From the NCBI GenBank assembly GCA_937927435.1, contig CALBDW010000143.1:1-59507 (forward strand): a stretch of DNA of 59,507 bases, in the 5' to 3' direction. A program made the position numbers and the translations under genes. Shown one piece after another: positions 56,902 through 59,507 of the stretch (position 1 is the stretch's first letter; the number at the start of each line of letters is the position of its first letter). This DNA is from an uncultured Bdellovibrionales bacterium (GTDB lineage: Bacteria > Bdellovibrionota > Bdellovibrionia > Bdellovibrionales > JAMPXM01). Under the pieces are notes generated by a model that was given only the letters and a program-made list of their open reading frames with translations, was not told the origin of the DNA and did not search any database.

Positions 56902-57036
56902 TTGTCTGTCCGCATAACGGACGATATACATTTCGCTTCGTCCAACATTTCGTTTGGTCGCATAACATCTGTCCCAGGCTTCGAAGCGCAGACCGAATGG
57001 ACGGTCGGCCGCCTGGTCGGAGAAAGGTCATACGTC
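56902..57036 (+). promoter_or_regulatory. Candidate promoter and structured leader of rpmI-rplT
   Basis: TTGTCT-N17-TATACA; nested stems CGTCCA/TGGACG, TTTGGTC/GACCGAA, TCTG/CAGA across 56939-57003. Confidence 0.5.
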
Positions 57037-57228
57037 GTGAAAGCAAAAACTCATTCCGGAGCCAAGAAGCGGATGCGTCTCTTGTCGTCCGGCAAAGTTA
57101 AACGCAAGCAAACGGGCATGCGGCACTTGCTCAGCCCTCACAAGTCTAAAGGCAAACGTCAGGCCGGCAAAACGGCTTACGTTCACAGCGCGAATATGAA
57201 CCAAACGCGCCGTCTTTTGAATTTCTAA
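57037..57228 (+). CDS. rpmI: 50S ribosomal protein L35
   Basis: GTG start after SD GAAAGG; KAKTHSGAKKR...GKVKR..MRHLL. Confidence 0.96.
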   Translation: MKAKTHSGAKKRMRLLSSGKVKRKQTGMRHLLSPHKSKGKRQAGKTAYVHSANMNQTRRLLNF

Positions 57229-57239
57229 GGGGGTAGGGC

Positions 57240-57587
57240 ATGGCACGCGTAAAAAGAGGCGTTACCGCTCGTCGTCGTCGTAAAAAGGTATTGAAGAGAG
57301 CCGAAGGCTATTACTCGTTAAATAGCCGTTCCTACATTCACGCCCGAGAAAAGAACGATCGTGCGTTGGCGTACAGCTATCGCGACCGTCGGGTGAAAAA
57401 GCGCGAGTTCCGCTCGCTTTGGATCACTCGTATCAACGCTGCGGCTCGCTTGAACGGCACGACTTACTCGGCTTTGATGAATGCTCTCTCCAAGAAAGGC
57501 ATCGCTCTGGATCGCAAAGTCCTCGCGGACTTGGCGGTGCGTGATGCCGCTGGTTTCGCAGCTCTCGTTAAGCAAGCCATGGCGTAA
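57240..57587 (+). CDS. rplT: 50S ribosomal protein L20
   Basis: [41 protein letters not shown]. Confidence 0.99.
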   Translation: MARVKRGVTARRRRKKVLKRAEGYYSLNSRSYIHAREKNDRALAYSYRDRRVKKREFRSLWITRINAAARLNGTTYSALMNALSKKGIALDRKVLADLAVRDAAGFAALVKQAMA

Positions 57588-57684
57588 GAGCCACCGAAAC
57601 CCCGCGCTGAAAGTCGGCGCGTGAAGGCGCTCCTCTACAAGTGGGGAGCGCCTGCAAATGACTGTAACGGGTAGAGATCATTAG

Positions 57685-58746
57685 ATGTCGATCGTAGGAG
57701 AAAACCCCGAGCTCTTCGAAACCCGCAAAGCCGATCACATCCGGCTCGCGCTCGATGAGCGTATGCAGGCGAAGGGCGGCTCGGGACTCGACGACATCCG
57801 GCTTATCCACGAAGCTTTTCCAGAAATCGATTTCGCCGATATTTCATTGCAAAGCCAAGCCCTCGGTTCCGAGGTTGCGGTTCCGCTTTTCATCAGTTCC
57901 ATGACAGCCGGGCATGCCGGAAGCCAGGCGCTCAACCTCGTCTTGGCACGAGTGGCGGAAAAACGAGGTTGGCTGATGGGTGTGGGTAGCCAAAGACGCC
58001 AATTGACCGATCCCACTGCTGATCGCGAATGGGCGACCATTCGCAAGTCCTGCCCTCGAACCCGCTTTCTGGGAAATATCGGTCTTTCACAAATGATACG
58101 AACGCCAGTTGCTGAAATCAGGCGCTTGGCCGAGACTCTCGAGGCGGAAGCGATGATCGTTCACGCCAATCCGCTGCAGGAGGCCCTTCAGCCGGAAGGT
58201 ACCCCTTATTTCGCAGGTGGCTTCGCCGCTCTGGAGAAGCTCGTTCGTGAACTCGGGTTACCGGTGATTGTGAAAGAAACGGGTTGCGGTTTTTCGGAAC
58301 GGACGTTGCGGCGACTCAACGACATCGGTGTCCATGCCGTTGACGTGAGTGGCTTCGGCGGGACGCACTGGGGGCGTATTGAGGGCGGACGCTCGAATGA
58401 GGGCGAGAAACTGCGTTTGGCGAGCGAGACCTTTCGCGATTGGGGGATCCCGACCGTGGAATCTTTGTCCTCCGCGCTTTCGATCGGTCCGGAGTTCGAG
58501 GTCTGGGGGTCCGGAGGAGTGCGCTCGGGGCTCGATGCGGCGAAACTCTTGGCGATGGGCGCGCGTATGGTCGGGCTTGCAAAACCCCTCATTGAAGCCG
58601 CCCTCGACGGTGAAGAGGCTTTGGACCGGAAGATGGACCTTCTGGAGTACGAGTTGAAGACGGCTATGTTTTGTACGGGATCAAAAACCACCAAGGATTT
58701 GCGGGAGAGAGGCGTATGGGAATGGGCGCGAATTCGAAAGCCGTGA
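57685..58746 (+). CDS. fni: Type 2 isopentenyl-diphosphate delta-isomerase (FMN-dependent)
   Basis: RKADHI, SSMTAG, HANPLQEALQPEG, VKETGCG, GGTHW, SGGVRSGLDAAK. Confidence 0.96.
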   Translation: MSIVGENPELFETRKADHIRLALDERMQAKGGSGLDDIRLIHEAFPEIDFADISLQSQALGSEVAVPLFISSMTAGHAGSQALNLVLARVAEKRGWLMGVGSQRRQLTDPTADREWATIRKSCPRTRFLGNIGLSQMIRTPVAEIRRLAETLEAEAMIVHANPLQEALQPEGTPYFAGGFAALEKLVRELGLPVIVKETGCGFSERTLRRLNDIGVHAVDVSGFGGTHWGRIEGGRSNEGEKLRLASETFRDWGIPTVESLSSALSIGPEFEVWGSGGVRSGLDAAKLLAMGARMVGLAKPLIEAALDGEEALDRKMDLLEYELKTAMFCTGSKTTKDLRERGVWEWARIRKP

Positions 58747-59507
58747 AGGAAACCGAATCGCTCGTCGATGAAAAGTCGGTTTTCGAGATGAACACGGAAC
58801 TCTTCCGTGGTTTTTCGAAGCTGACGCGCGAAGAACGGTTCGAGCGTCTCAAGAAAATGGGCGCCCTGACGGATGAAGATATCGAGTACTTCCGCTCGGG
58901 CGGGCTACAGACGCCGGATCTGGCCGAGAAATTCGTGGAAAACGTGCTCGGGTACTTCCAGCTCCCGCTAGGTGTGGCGACGAACTTCCGTATCGACGGC
59001 CGCGATTACGTGATTCCGATGGCCGTTGAGGAAACCTCGATTATCGCTGCTGCTTCCAAAACGGCGAAATGGCTGCGTGAGTCCGGTGAAATCACGACAG
59101 AAACCCTCGGTGATTTGATCATCGGGCAGATTCAAATCGCGAACGTCTCTGATTTCGCTCGCTTTAAGACGATTGTCGAAGAGAAAAAACACTTATGGAT
59201 CGATCTCGCCAACCGCGACGTCGCGCACGGTTTGTACGCGCGTGGCGGGGGTGTGCGTGACATCGTTGTGCGTGAAGTTTCCCGTGGTGCCGCAGGCGGC
59301 TCGATGGCTGTGATCCACGTTCTCGCGGACCCGTGCGATGCGATGGGTGCTAACATCATCAATCAAGTGTGCGAATACTTGAAGGGGCCGGTCGAGGAGG
59401 CGACGGGTGAAGCGGTTACTATGTGCATTCTCTCGAATCTCGTCGACACAAAGCTTACGAGAGCCCGCGCCGTTATCTACAATGTTGATCCTGATCTCGG
59501 CCGCAAA
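58722..59507 (+). CDS. mvaA: Class II HMG-CoA reductase (3'-partial; not in the ORF track)
   Basis: Own translation: MGANSKAV...FRGFSKLTREER...ENVLGYFQLPLGVA...PMAVEETSIIAAAS...CDAMGANIINQVCE...ILSNL; open to the window end; alternative start 58788. Confidence 0.95.
   Translation, partial: MGANSKAVKETESLVDEKSVFEMNTELFRGFSKLTREERFERLKKMGALTDEDIEYFRSGGLQTPDLAEKFVENVLGYFQLPLGVATNFRIDGRDYVIPMAVEETSIIAAASKTAKWLRESGEITTETLGDLIIGQIQIANVSDFARFKTIVEEKKHLWIDLANRDVAHGLYARGGGVRDIVVREVSRGAAGGSMAVIHVLADPCDAMGANIINQVCEYLKGPVEEATGEAVTMCILSNLVDTKLTRARAVIYNVDPDLGRK

Noticed and set aside
56905-56935. TGTCCGCATAA resembles the XerC arm of dif
   Set aside because: No XerD arm (TTATGTTAAAT-like) follows at 6-nt spacing.
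1-59507. CRISPR arrays, tRNA/rRNA genes, IS elements, integrases, prophage or defence genes
   Set aside because: No regularly spaced repeats, cloverleaf with T-loop and CCA, or transposase/phage motifs seen by eye; tRNAscan-SE, cmscan and CRISPR finders were not run.

Overview
Core chromosomal window of a GC-rich Gram-negative bacterium. Gene content and order resemble Bdellovibrionota; this is inferred from recalled synteny, not from a search. In order: infB(5'-partial)-rbfA-truB-rpsO-pnp-M16 peptidase-dut; several membrane and outer-membrane hypotheticals with a polyprenol-phosphate-mannose-synthase-like GT2; mutL-miaA-yicC-gmk-rpoZ-rel; ssb; a complete minus-strand type II secretion operon gspC-N; a degenerate FabD-like gene behind a consensus sigma54 promoter; a GNAT-like gene, pduO and a hutG-like gene; an accessory lipoprotein; system II cytochrome c biogenesis (resB/ccsA); alternative complex III (actA-F); thrS-infC, rpmI-rplT; and the start of a mevalonate operon (fni, class II HMG-CoA reductase, 3'-partial and absent from the ORF track). 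I found no tRNA, rRNA, CRISPR array, transposase, integrase or phage gene. The most interesting signals are non-coding or non-canonical: (1) a multi-stem RNA-like element at 37.8-38.0 kb downstream of the sigma54-driven FabD pseudoenzyme, sharing a 15-mer with a palindrome at 53.6 kb; (2) a heavily structured 380-nt rpsO-pnp spacer; (3) the gspG-gspH junction, with a hairpin, five 10-nt phased repeats and a probable ATT start; (4) a split infC / rpmI-rplT operon containing a terminator, a 26-aa hydrophobic peptide ORF and a structured leader; (5) a single-base frameshift splitting a small lipoprotein. All structures were paired by eye and none was computationally folded or searched.
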